Origin: an uncultured Candidatus Saccharibacteria bacterium
GTDB lineage: Bacteria > Patescibacteriota > Saccharimonadia > Saccharimonadales > SLHW01
NCBI GenBank assembly: GCA_964527485.1
Contig: CAZGPJ010000002.1
Location: 1-34,026, forward strand
DNA: 34,026 bases
Direction: 5' to 3'
Every line of letters starts with the position of its first letter. The first letter of the stretch is position 1. The notes below the pieces were generated by a model. It worked only from the letters and a program-made list of their open reading frames with translations, searched no databases and had not been told where the DNA came from. Positions 8,513 through 16,024 of this stretch are shown here, in pieces. Made by a program: the position numbers and the translations under genes.

Positions 8513-9805
8513 CTATTGCTTGTCGCGCAGCGCCTCGACTCCTGGTAAAGCTTTGCCACTCATTAGCTCGAGGCTGGCGCCACCGCCTGTTGAGACATGG
8601 TTAAAGGCCTCGAGCATACCAAGACTTTCTAGATAACCGACCGTGTCTCCGCCACCAACGATTGAATAGGGCTTGTTCCCCCGTTGACCGCTAATGGCTT
8701 CGACCAGCGTTTCTGTGCCGTGGGCAAACGGGCCAATAGGACCCTGGACCCCATTAACCTCTGTGACGCCCATAGCGCCGTTCCATACGACTGTCTTTGC
8801 CAACTGCATCGCACCAGCAATAAAGGCGCCCGAGTACGGCCCGATATCGAGCAGCATGTCGTCATCCTCAAGCTCAACCGCAGAGCGAGACGGCTTGTTC
8901 GGATAGGCAGATATATCGGCAAAAACGTGTGAGCTCCAGTCGACAATACGCGTGTGGGCTGTCACATCGATTTTCTTCGCGGCAACGCCGTCTTGCGGTA
9001 CATAAAACACGAAGTTCGTCTCGCGCTTTTTCTGCTCGACCCGCTGCAATAGCTCTTCAGCGAGAGGCACGTCTGCTGCATCAAATTTACTTTTGGCGAC
9101 ACTCACGCCATGGATATGGAGAAACACGTTGGACATGGCGCCGCCAACAGCAACAATATCTGCCGTATCAACAAACCGGTGTAGCACTTCAATCTTATCC
9201 GAAACTTTGGCTCCACCAACGATCGCCATGAGTGGTCGTTCAGGCTCGTGCATGGCATCACTTATGGTTGTGTATTCCCTCTCGAGCAAGAGGCCGGCAA
9301 CACTCGGTAGATGCCTGGTGATTGCATCTGTTGAGGCATGCGCCCGGTGCACCACCCCAAAGCCGTCCTGCACGAACACTTCACCGTGCTGAGCTAACTG
9401 TTGAGCAAAGTCATCATCATTAGCTTTTTCTTCGGGATGAAAACGTAGGTTTTCGAGCACCAGAATATCCCCTGGCTGCAGCTGATCAACCTGAGCTTTT
9501 GCGTCATCACCAACCGTATCGTGAGCGAATTTGACTTCTCGGTTAAATGCCTCTCTCAAGCGCTTGGCAGCTGGCTCGAGTGAAAACTCCGTATCCTGTG
9601 GACCCTTTGGCCGGCCAAGATGAGAAATAATAACAATCGAGCAAGCTTGCTCGAGTAGGTACTGCAGTGTCGGGATTGCTTGTGTGATACGGTAATCGTC
9701 ACGGACACTTCCGTCATCATTCATCGGTACATTAAAATCGGCCCGCACCAAAACACGCTTGCCGTGAAGGTCATAATCTCGCAGTGTTTGTTTATGAAAA
9801 GCCAT
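8513..9805 (-). CDS. pgk: Phosphoglycerate kinase
   Basis: Contains VRADFNVP, IVGGAKVSDKI and STGGGASLE. I prefer ATG at 9805 (MAFHKQTL..), which has a GGGTGGGA SD, over the GTG at 9814 given by the ORF track. Confidence 0.92.
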   Translation of the reverse strand: MAFHKQTLRDYDLHGKRVLVRADFNVPMNDDGSVRDDYRITQAIPTLQYLLEQACSIVIISHLGRPKGPQDTEFSLEPAAKRLREAFNREVKFAHDTVGDDAKAQVDQLQPGDILVLENLRFHPEEKANDDDFAQQLAQHGEVFVQDGFGVVHRAHASTDAITRHLPSVAGLLLEREYTTISDAMHEPERPLMAIVGGAKVSDKIEVLHRFVDTADIVAVGGAMSNVFLHIHGVSVAKSKFDAADVPLAEELLQRVEQKKRETNFVFYVPQDGVAAKKIDVTAHTRIVDWSSHVFADISAYPNKPSRSAVELEDDDMLLDIGPYSGAFIAGAMQLAKTVVWNGAMGVTEVNGVQGPIGPFAHGTETLVEAISGQRGNKPYSIVGGGDTVGYLESLGMLEAFNHVSTGGGASLELMSGKALPGVEALRDKQ

Positions 9806-9825
9806 CCGTCCCACCCGTTTCGCTT

Positions 9826-11256
9826 TTATAGTGCTCGTACTTTAATTGTATCCGTTGTGCCAACCACTCCAGGGTTCTGGCCAGACGCCGACACAATAAC
9901 ATCGCCTTTCCTCAGGGCGCGTTTGTGTTGGAGCCAATCAGTTAATTTCTGTGCAGCGTGCTTATCATCAGGGCGAATGTACGACTTTGCACCGTATATT
10001 ATGGCCAGTTGCTGCGCCACACGAACAGCTGAAGTGACTACCAAAATTGGTTGCGCTGGCCGGCGAGAGGCGATTTGCAGTGCCGTAGCGCCAGATTTTG
10101 TTTCTGCCACAACTGCCCGTGCCCCCACCTGATCGGCGAGATGTATAACGGCGTCGCAGATTGCAGCCTGGCGACGTTGATCTTCATCGTGGTCAAAGTG
10201 TGGAGTTACCGGTGAATTCGCTTGTGTGTAAAGAATGATACGTTTCATGACCTGAACGGCCTCTACAGGATACTGGCCGCTGGCTGTCTCGTCAGAGAGC
10301 ATGACACAGTCCGCACCCACAATAACCGCCGTTGCCACATCAGAGACTTCTGCTCGGGTTGGGTCGGGCATCTCCGTCATGGTTGCCAGCATCTGTGTCG
10401 CAACAATAGTTGGCTTGCTGTAACGTATACCAAGCCCAATTATTTTTCGCTGCACAATCGGTACCGACTCTGGTAAAGTTTCGATCGCGAGATCACCTCG
10501 GGCTACCATGACAGCATCGCTGGCTCGCACAATTTCTTCAAGCTTATCAACTGCTGCTCCGGTCTCAATTTTGGCAATAATTTTGGCTTTACTGCCCAGG
10601 TTTTGCAGCATCTTTCTGAGCTGATGAATGTCTGCAGCTGACTGCACAAAACTCAGAGCGACATAATCGATATCAATTGTGGAGCCAAAGTTTATGTCTT
10701 TTTTATCTTTCTTGGTGATAATATCGCCACCAAAGTCAGTATCAGGTAGGTTAATACCTTTGCGCTTAATGAGAATGCCGTCATTCTCTGCTCGAACGTG
10801 AACGACACCGTCGCGCACAGCGGTTACCTTGGTTTGAACCTTGCCGTCATACAGATATAGTCGCTCGCCGCGTTTGACCTTTTTGCTTAGGTCATATTGC
10901 AAAGGCAAGTGACCGCTTCGCTCGTAATCTGCTTTGTACGCGAATGAGATACTCTGCCCCGCCTGTACGGTGAATACACCGTCAAAATCGCCCAAGCGGA
11001 TCTTCGGACCTTGAAGATCCTGAATGATGGCAACTGGCTTTCCGTATTCGTTGGAGGCTTTGCGTATCCACTTGACCTGCTGTTCACGTTCCTCTTCGGT
11101 GCCGTGACTAAAGTTGAGCCGCAAACCGTTTGCACCAGACTTAATTAAGTCAAGAATAGTCTCGTAGCTATTGGATGACGGCCCAACGGTTGCGATAATC
11201 TTGGTACGCTTGAACTGATCAATAGACACATTTGGTGCCATTTGTGTCATTTTCAT
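9826..11256 (-). CDS. pyk: Pyruvate kinase
   Basis: 476 aa. TKIIATVGPS N-terminus, NFSHG, MVARGDLAIE, and full-length similarity to bacterial Pyk as I recognise it. Confidence 0.93.
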   Translation of the reverse strand: MKMTQMAPNVSIDQFKRTKIIATVGPSSNSYETILDLIKSGANGLRLNFSHGTEEEREQQVKWIRKASNEYGKPVAIIQDLQGPKIRLGDFDGVFTVQAGQSISFAYKADYERSGHLPLQYDLSKKVKRGERLYLYDGKVQTKVTAVRDGVVHVRAENDGILIKRKGINLPDTDFGGDIITKKDKKDINFGSTIDIDYVALSFVQSAADIHQLRKMLQNLGSKAKIIAKIETGAAVDKLEEIVRASDAVMVARGDLAIETLPESVPIVQRKIIGLGIRYSKPTIVATQMLATMTEMPDPTRAEVSDVATAVIVGADCVMLSDETASGQYPVEAVQVMKRIILYTQANSPVTPHFDHDEDQRRQAAICDAVIHLADQVGARAVVAETKSGATALQIASRRPAQPILVVTSAVRVAQQLAIIYGAKSYIRPDDKHAAQKLTDWLQHKRALRKGDVIVSASGQNPGVVGTTDTIKVRAL

Positions 11257-11310
11257 ATAGTCCTAGTATAGGCTTCTATACATATCAGGCAAGTGTAATT
11301 GCATTATTTT

Positions 11311-11334
11311 TCTATGTTTCTATGTTTCTATGTT
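11311..11334. repeat. Perfect tandem repeat (tctatgtt)x3 in the divergent pyk / PIG-L promoter region
   Basis: Copies at 11311-11318, 11319-11326 and 11327-11334, read directly from the sequence. Confidence 0.9.
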
Positions 11335-11360
11335 GCTTGAGGACTTTTCGGACGTATACT
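11333..11360 (+). promoter_or_regulatory. Sigma70-like promoter TTGCTT-16 nt-TATACT for the PIG-L gene (possibly leaderless mRNA)
   Basis: -35 at 11333-11338 and -10 at 11355-11360. The ATG at 11368 lies only 7 nt past the -10 and has no SD. Confidence 0.45.
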
Positions 11361-11367
11361 GGGGCTG

Positions 11368-12096
11368 ATGATACGCACAACACACGATATCAAGCAGCTT
11401 GGAGCTATTATGGGCATCTGGGCACACCCAGATGACGAAACATTGAGTTCAGCCGGGATTATGGCAGCCGCAGTTACCAACGAGCAACGGGTCAGCGTAC
11501 TCAGCGCGACGAAGGGTGATGCCGGGCAAACGTCAGATGAAGCTACCTGGTCACGTAAAGACTTGCACCATATTCGCGAAACGGAGTTCGGTGAGGCGCT
11601 GACCGCGGTCGGTGTTGAGTCGGGTGTTTTGTTGCACTATGATGATGACAATCTCAAAGAGGTCGATGAAACTGAAGCTATCGAAGTGCTGACGCAACAC
11701 ATACTTGCCTTTGCGCCCAACACAATTCTGACGTTCGAGCCACACGGCATTACCGGCCACAGCGATCATAAGCTCATTTCCAAGTGGGCGCGGCAGGCAG
11801 CCAATCAAGCCCAGCCGTCCATCACGGTCTACGGAACGGTTGAGACGAAGCAACACTATGAGGCAATCGGCAAACAAGCGGATGAGTTATTTGATATCTA
11901 CTTCGCTACCGATCAACCTGAGTTGTATGACGAGAAAGACGTCGATATCTGCTTTGAGCTACCCGCCAACATTAAACAGAAGAAGCGAGCGGCCATACAG
12001 GCTCACGCCAGCCAAACAGCCGCTCTATCCAAACACCCAGTGGGTAAAAAATTGCTCGAAGCCAGCCTTGCCAAAGAGTGTTTCGTTAAACTGTAA
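11368..12096 (+). CDS. PIG-L/LmbE-family N-acetylglucosaminyl deacetylase
   Basis: 242 aa with the AHPDDE motif near the N-terminus and the HSDH zinc motif. Confidence 0.85.
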   Translation: MIRTTHDIKQLGAIMGIWAHPDDETLSSAGIMAAAVTNEQRVSVLSATKGDAGQTSDEATWSRKDLHHIRETEFGEALTAVGVESGVLLHYDDDNLKEVDETEAIEVLTQHILAFAPNTILTFEPHGITGHSDHKLISKWARQAANQAQPSITVYGTVETKQHYEAIGKQADELFDIYFATDQPELYDEKDVDICFELPANIKQKKRAAIQAHASQTAALSKHPVGKKLLEASLAKECFVKL

Positions 12097-12110
12097 AATA
12101 CCCCTGTTAT

Positions 12111-12140
12111 AAACCCGACACACTATAGTCTGTCGGGTTT
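12111..12140. terminator. Bidirectional terminator hairpin
   Basis: 10 bp stem aaacccgaca / tgtcgggttt with a 10 nt loop, placed between the convergent PIG-L and orphan genes. Confidence 0.7.
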
Positions 12141-12144
12141 AGAC

Positions 12145-12158
12145 GGTGGCCTCACGAG
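12145..12158 (-). repeat. Distal direct repeat of the tRNA-Glu 3' end (att-like)
   Basis: ggtggcctcacgag versus tRNA ggtgacctcacggg, 12 of 14 identical and including the acceptor-end GGTG. It sits between the native terminator and the orphan gene stop. Confidence 0.5.
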
Positions 12159-12171
12159 TAAAGCGCTGTTG

Positions 12172-13437
12172 CTAATTAGATAAGTTACTACAGTAAGGCT
12201 TTAGATTATTGTCATATCGACGGTCTTCACACCTTATCTTCCATTTTTGCCTTGCGGATGCCTCCATAGCATCAGCCTTCTGGATCAAAGACTCATTACA
12301 ATAGTCGTCAGCCCTCACTGTGCTCCTCGTAACTGAAGAGTCGAGGCAACCATATACTAATGGCGTACCCGCGTGTATTTCTTCGAGTAGTTTTGTGATA
12401 GGGTACCTCTGTAAATAATTTGACCCATCAAATCTATCAGAGCGTGTTAATAAATACCTGAAAGAGCCGATAACAAAACAATAAGTATAGTTATTGTATT
12501 TATCTTGAGGTCCCTGGCGCCCACTACTGCTTTTATATTTTATTTCTACTGCCTCAGTGTAGGTGTAGCCGCTCTGGGTTGTTTTTATCTCACTGCCGCA
12601 TTGCGATACGATTTCGCGGTCTTGCGGCAAAAGAAACTCGTATCTAATACGATCATAGTTTTGATACGTGCCAGCATCGTGCTGCATTGGAGCATAAATG
12701 ATATATTCACCGTCACTGAAAATACCATCAGAATCCGGCAGGTATATTGTGTTAGCTATTCTTTGCTGCCTGTGATACAGCTGCGTTCCAATGGTATTTA
12801 TAGTGACGATACTACTTACGGGTATAACGATAAGTAATATAAACGATGCCACTATCCGGCTGCGCCATAAGTTTGTATTAATTGTGAGGGCATAACGTAC
12901 GCCGAGGACAAATAAAAACGCCATTATATATGCGAATGGCACAAGAAACAGGTTTATATTATCACCTGTAAAACGGTCTTGGGGTGCCTGTGCATAGAGT
13001 GAAAGAAACCTAAAGAAATCAAGATTAATATGCTGCTGAAGAGGCTCTAAAAGACCACTGGAGGACACGAACTCATACGTAATTACCGGAACAAGAGCTA
13101 CCCATTTTGCCCTAAATAAAAAGCCAATTATTATGAATGGCATTAGCAATTGTATGCTTTTGATGATGAAAGACTGGAGGACAACCCCTAAGTATAAGGG
13201 TTGAAAAATCAAACCCAAAAATGACCCTAAATAACCCTCAGCGCCGCCAACAACCCATATCATACTGGGTTGATAACGACCTATGATAAATCCGTATGTA
13301 GCAGTAATTATAAAAAGAACTACTGATTTTGGAATGTTATCTTTTTGCGCTAAATTAAATTCACGCGTAGCCCACTTGTTTTGTAATTTACTTTTAATTT
13401 TTGTTATACCGTTATTGTTGGACATCTTTATGGGCAT
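12172..13437 (-). CDS. Orphan polytopic membrane protein with Cys-containing C-terminal soluble domain
   Basis: 421 aa. About 6 TM helices in residues 40-230, then a roughly 190 aa hydrophilic domain with 6 Cys. The GC content is clearly lower than that of its neighbours. No family recognised. Confidence 0.7.
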   Translation of the reverse strand: MPIKMSNNNGITKIKSKLQNKWATREFNLAQKDNIPKSVVLFIITATYGFIIGRYQPSMIWVVGGAEGYLGSFLGLIFQPLYLGVVLQSFIIKSIQLLMPFIIIGFLFRAKWVALVPVITYEFVSSSGLLEPLQQHINLDFFRFLSLYAQAPQDRFTGDNINLFLVPFAYIMAFLFVLGVRYALTINTNLWRSRIVASFILLIVIPVSSIVTINTIGTQLYHRQQRIANTIYLPDSDGIFSDGEYIIYAPMQHDAGTYQNYDRIRYEFLLPQDREIVSQCGSEIKTTQSGYTYTEAVEIKYKSSSGRQGPQDKYNNYTYCFVIGSFRYLLTRSDRFDGSNYLQRYPITKLLEEIHAGTPLVYGCLDSSVTRSTVRADDYCNESLIQKADAMEASARQKWKIRCEDRRYDNNLKPYCSNLSN

Positions 13438-13550
13438 AGTTATACCAAACTATCCTATTCAGAGAAAGTTCTGATCTAACATTTAAGGGTGTGTCATATA
13501 GTGAGAGTTGCTTTCATGTATTCAAACCACTACCTGTCAATAGGCATAAA

Positions 13551-13563
13551 ACCTCACGGGGAA
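13551..13563 (-). repeat. Internal direct copy of the tRNA-Glu 3' segment
   Basis: acctcacggggaa is identical to tRNA positions 13990-14002. Confidence 0.6.
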
Positions 13564-13820
13564 GACTTGTACGCTCGTGTCATCCTCTCCGCCTCAGGCG
13601 GATGCGGGTGACTTCGTCGGCACCCGAACCGACGTCTGAGATTAAAATTAACCAGAGGCTGCTGATTTTATTTGTCGCAAGGCGAGCCGCGACGAGCGAA
13701 GGAAATGTATAAAAATACTTCGACTGAGCGAGAGAGCGAGCTCAACACCGCGAGAGATGAAAAACTCCTCAGGACAAACTACTTGTTCGTTTGTCTGTGG
13801 AGTGGTCAGCGGCTCTGGGG

Positions 13821-13833
13821 CCTCACGGGGAAT
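13821..13833 (-). repeat. Internal direct copy of the tRNA-Glu 3' segment
   Basis: cctcacggggaat is identical to tRNA positions 13991-14003. It is followed by a degenerate T-arm-like gggagatattcccc on the minus strand. Confidence 0.6.
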
Positions 13834-13952
13834 ATCTCCCTTTGGTCGATGCGCTCTGCAGCCATGCTCGAAGCGAGCTTCTGTGCGTGGCCTTGATCTT
13901 CGAACCCGCCCTCCGGGCATTGGGTTCGCTTCCCGCGGGGGACAGCCAAGAA

Positions 13953-13980
13953 AAATACCCCAACTTTCGATGGGGTATTT
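13953..13980 (-). terminator. Terminator hairpin after tRNA-Glu
   Basis: 10 bp stem aaatacccca / tggggtattt with an 8 nt loop, flanked by A/T runs. It begins 5 nt past the tRNA CCA end. Confidence 0.7.
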
Positions 13981-13984
13981 TTCT

Positions 13985-14059
13985 TGGTGACCTCACGGGG
14001 AATCGAACCCCGATTGCCAGGATGAGAACCTGGTGTCCTAGCCGTTAGACGATGAGGCC
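13985..14059 (-). tRNA. tRNA-Glu (anticodon CUC), CCA encoded
   Basis: The 75 nt cloverleaf was folded by hand. Acceptor GGCCTCA/TGAGGTC, D stem GTCT/GGAC, anticodon stem CCAGG/CCTGG with loop TTCTCAT, T arm CGGGG-TTCGATT-CCCCG, discriminator A, then CCA. Confidence 0.95.
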
Positions 14060-14083
14060 GATGAGGCCATTGCGGCGAGGTCT

Positions 14084-14092
14084 ATACTACCA
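14084..14092 (-). promoter_or_regulatory. Extended -10 element TGGTAGTAT upstream of tRNA-Glu
   Basis: The minus strand reads tgtGGTAGTAT about 25 nt upstream of the tRNA 5' end. It has the same TGGTAnnAT form as the element upstream of ssrA. Confidence 0.4.
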
Positions 14093-14198
14093 CAGTTACA
14101 CTGATTTTTCCCAGTGTCACCATGTGAAATTGTCGACTTTTCCCGTATAATCATGATTAAGCTTAACAAACCATAACGACAGGTGGGCTGTTCACACC

Positions 14199-15938
14199 AT
14201 GCATATCGCAAGCGAGCGCTGGCTTCATTTATACAAATACGTCACCATTGGCATTCAGATACTACTCCTCGTAGCCTACGGGTCGCTCTTTATTTATCCT
14301 GACATATCAAGCTCTCTGGGTCTTCTGCAGGCAATTACGCCCTTGCATGTCGCACTGGCCACCATCGCCGTTGTGTTTGGAATTTTTTTCTATAAAAAAG
14401 CGGAACAAAAAAGCAAACTTCTGGCCCCTTCGCTACTCGGGGGCGTCCTGGTTATTAATGTGATTAGCCTCATGCACGCCAGCGGCGGGTTGTATTCACA
14501 TTGGGTAATCGTCTGGGCGGTCATATGTCTTCTCGGTGGAATACTTGGGCCAGCAATCGCAGCGATACCTGGCTTTATTATGACCTTCTACTACGTTTTG
14601 CTGCGGGTGGCTGTCTTTAACGATACAGACGAGCTGCAATCACTCATCGATGGGCATGGCTTAATTGTCCTCGGCGGAACGTACATGCTGTCACTCATAA
14701 GTTGGCTGGTTTGGCGAAAGTTCTATATTGATACCACCGATGTGGAGGTTGAACGCCTAACAGGACAACTGAAGAGCCGTCAGCAGCTCTCTGACGTCCT
14801 CATCCAATCTATCACCGATGGAATTATCGTCACTGATACCCAAGGAAAGATCTCTATTACCAACCCGGCCGCTGCCGCTATGACCGAGTGGTCTGTCCAG
14901 GAGGCCGCTAATATTAACGTGCGCCTCGTGGTAAAACTATACGAAGAAGATGGCAAAGAAATACCTGAGGAAAACAACATTTTTGTGCAGGTTTTACGCA
15001 CACGCCAATCGACAGAAAAAATCGCACAACTTATCGGACGAAACGGAAAAAAACAAACCGTCTCAATGGCCGTCTCTCCCATTAGTGTGCCGGGTAGTGA
15101 TGAGCTGGCAGGTGCCGTCGCCGTGGTTCGTGATGTCAGCGCCGCCAGAGAAGAAGAGGCCCGTCGAGCTGACTTTATTAGTACGGCTAGTCACGAAATG
15201 CGTACTCCGGTCGCAGCAATTGAAGGGTACCTCGCTCTTGCCCTCAACGACAAGGTGAGCAAGATTGACACCAGCGCCCGCAGCTATCTCAAGAAGGCCT
15301 ACTCCAGCACCAAGCACCTCGGCAAACTCTTTCAAGATCTGCTCACCAGCGCTAAGGCTGAAGATGGTCGGCTCGTTAGCCATCCGCAAGTTGTTGAGAT
15401 TGGAGCCTACATCGAAAAATTGGCTGAGGACTTGCGCTTTACAGCCGAGAAGAAGGGCCTTCTGGTCGATGTCGTTGTCGGTTCTGCAGGCGACAGCGAA
15501 TCAACTGGTTCAGTAGCTGGAGGCAAAACCGTCCGACCACTCTACTACACTATGGCTGACCCCGATAGATTAAGTGAAGTTATCACGAACTTATTCGATA
15601 ACGCAGTCAAGTACACGGAAAGCGGTAAAATTTCGATTGGTTTGACGGGAAATGCGGAAGTCATCCAGCTCTTTATTCAAGACACTGGCCCAGGAATACC
15701 AGCCGAAGACGTACCGCACCTTTTCCAAAAGTTTTACCGCGTCGACAACTCTGCCACGCGTACAATCGGTGGCACCGGCCTTGGGCTATTCATTTGTCGA
15801 AAAATTATTGAGCTCTACAACGGCCGCATATGGGTAGAAAGCGAAGTGGGCAAGGGAAGTACTTTCTATATCAACTTGCCGCGCATATCATCACAGGAAG
15901 CCACAAGCGCTCAAAAAGCCGAAGCAGCCTCCTTTTAA
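14199..15938 (+). CDS. Membrane sensor histidine kinase (multi-TM, PAS, HisKA, HATPase_c)
   Basis: 579 aa. About 6 N-terminal TM helices, a PAS-like region (ITDGIIVTDTQGKISITNPAA), H-box SHEMRTPV, N-box FDNAVKYT, G1 DTGPGI and G2 GGTGLGL. Confidence 0.9.
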   Translation: MHIASERWLHLYKYVTIGIQILLLVAYGSLFIYPDISSSLGLLQAITPLHVALATIAVVFGIFFYKKAEQKSKLLAPSLLGGVLVINVISLMHASGGLYSHWVIVWAVICLLGGILGPAIAAIPGFIMTFYYVLLRVAVFNDTDELQSLIDGHGLIVLGGTYMLSLISWLVWRKFYIDTTDVEVERLTGQLKSRQQLSDVLIQSITDGIIVTDTQGKISITNPAAAAMTEWSVQEAANINVRLVVKLYEEDGKEIPEENNIFVQVLRTRQSTEKIAQLIGRNGKKQTVSMAVSPISVPGSDELAGAVAVVRDVSAAREEEARRADFISTASHEMRTPVAAIEGYLALALNDKVSKIDTSARSYLKKAYSSTKHLGKLFQDLLTSAKAEDGRLVSHPQVVEIGAYIEKLAEDLRFTAEKKGLLVDVVVGSAGDSESTGSVAGGKTVRPLYYTMADPDRLSEVITNLFDNAVKYTESGKISIGLTGNAEVIQLFIQDTGPGIPAEDVPHLFQKFYRVDNSATRTIGGTGLGLFICRKIIELYNGRIWVESEVGKGSTFYINLPRISSQEATSAQKAEAASF

Positions 15939-15965
15939 ACGAAGGGCTGACACACGAAATAATCA

Positions 15966-15974
15966 TGGTACAAT
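15966..15974 (+). promoter_or_regulatory. Extended -10 element TGGTACAAT upstream of the receiver gene
   Basis: TG at 15966-15967 and TACAAT at 15969-15974, about 50 nt before the ATG at 16025, which has an AAGGAG SD. Confidence 0.4.
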
Positions 15975-16024
15975 AGCAGTAACATAAGCGGTATACTATC
16001 AGCAATGAAGGAGCGATCACTGAC

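Larger units (their letters stand above)
12145..13984 (-). mobile_element. Candidate decayed integrative islet downstream of tRNA-Glu, with no integrase left
   Basis: It is bounded by the tRNA 3' end (ggtgacctcacgggg, 13986-14000) and a direct partial copy ggtggcctcacgag (12145-12158). Internal copies lie at 13551-13563 and 13821-13833. The only cargo is a low-GC orphan gene. Confidence 0.4.

Noticed and set aside
13897-13917. 12 nt identity (cccggagggcgg) between this spacer and the tmRNA T arm
   Set aside because: By N^2/4^12, dozens of chance 12-mer matches are expected in a 34 kb window. The flanks do not align without an 8 nt gap.
13438-13952. RNase P RNA, SRP RNA or a second tRNA/tmRNA in the spacer next to tRNA-Glu
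   Set aside because: Neither strand has GGAAAGUCC (CR-I), ACAGAAnCCGGCUUA (CR-V) or the SRP GGAA/AGCA apical motif. The T-loop-like gggttcgaag (13897-13906 region) has no complementary stem. The 74 nt segment ending in copy B does not fold into a cloverleaf.
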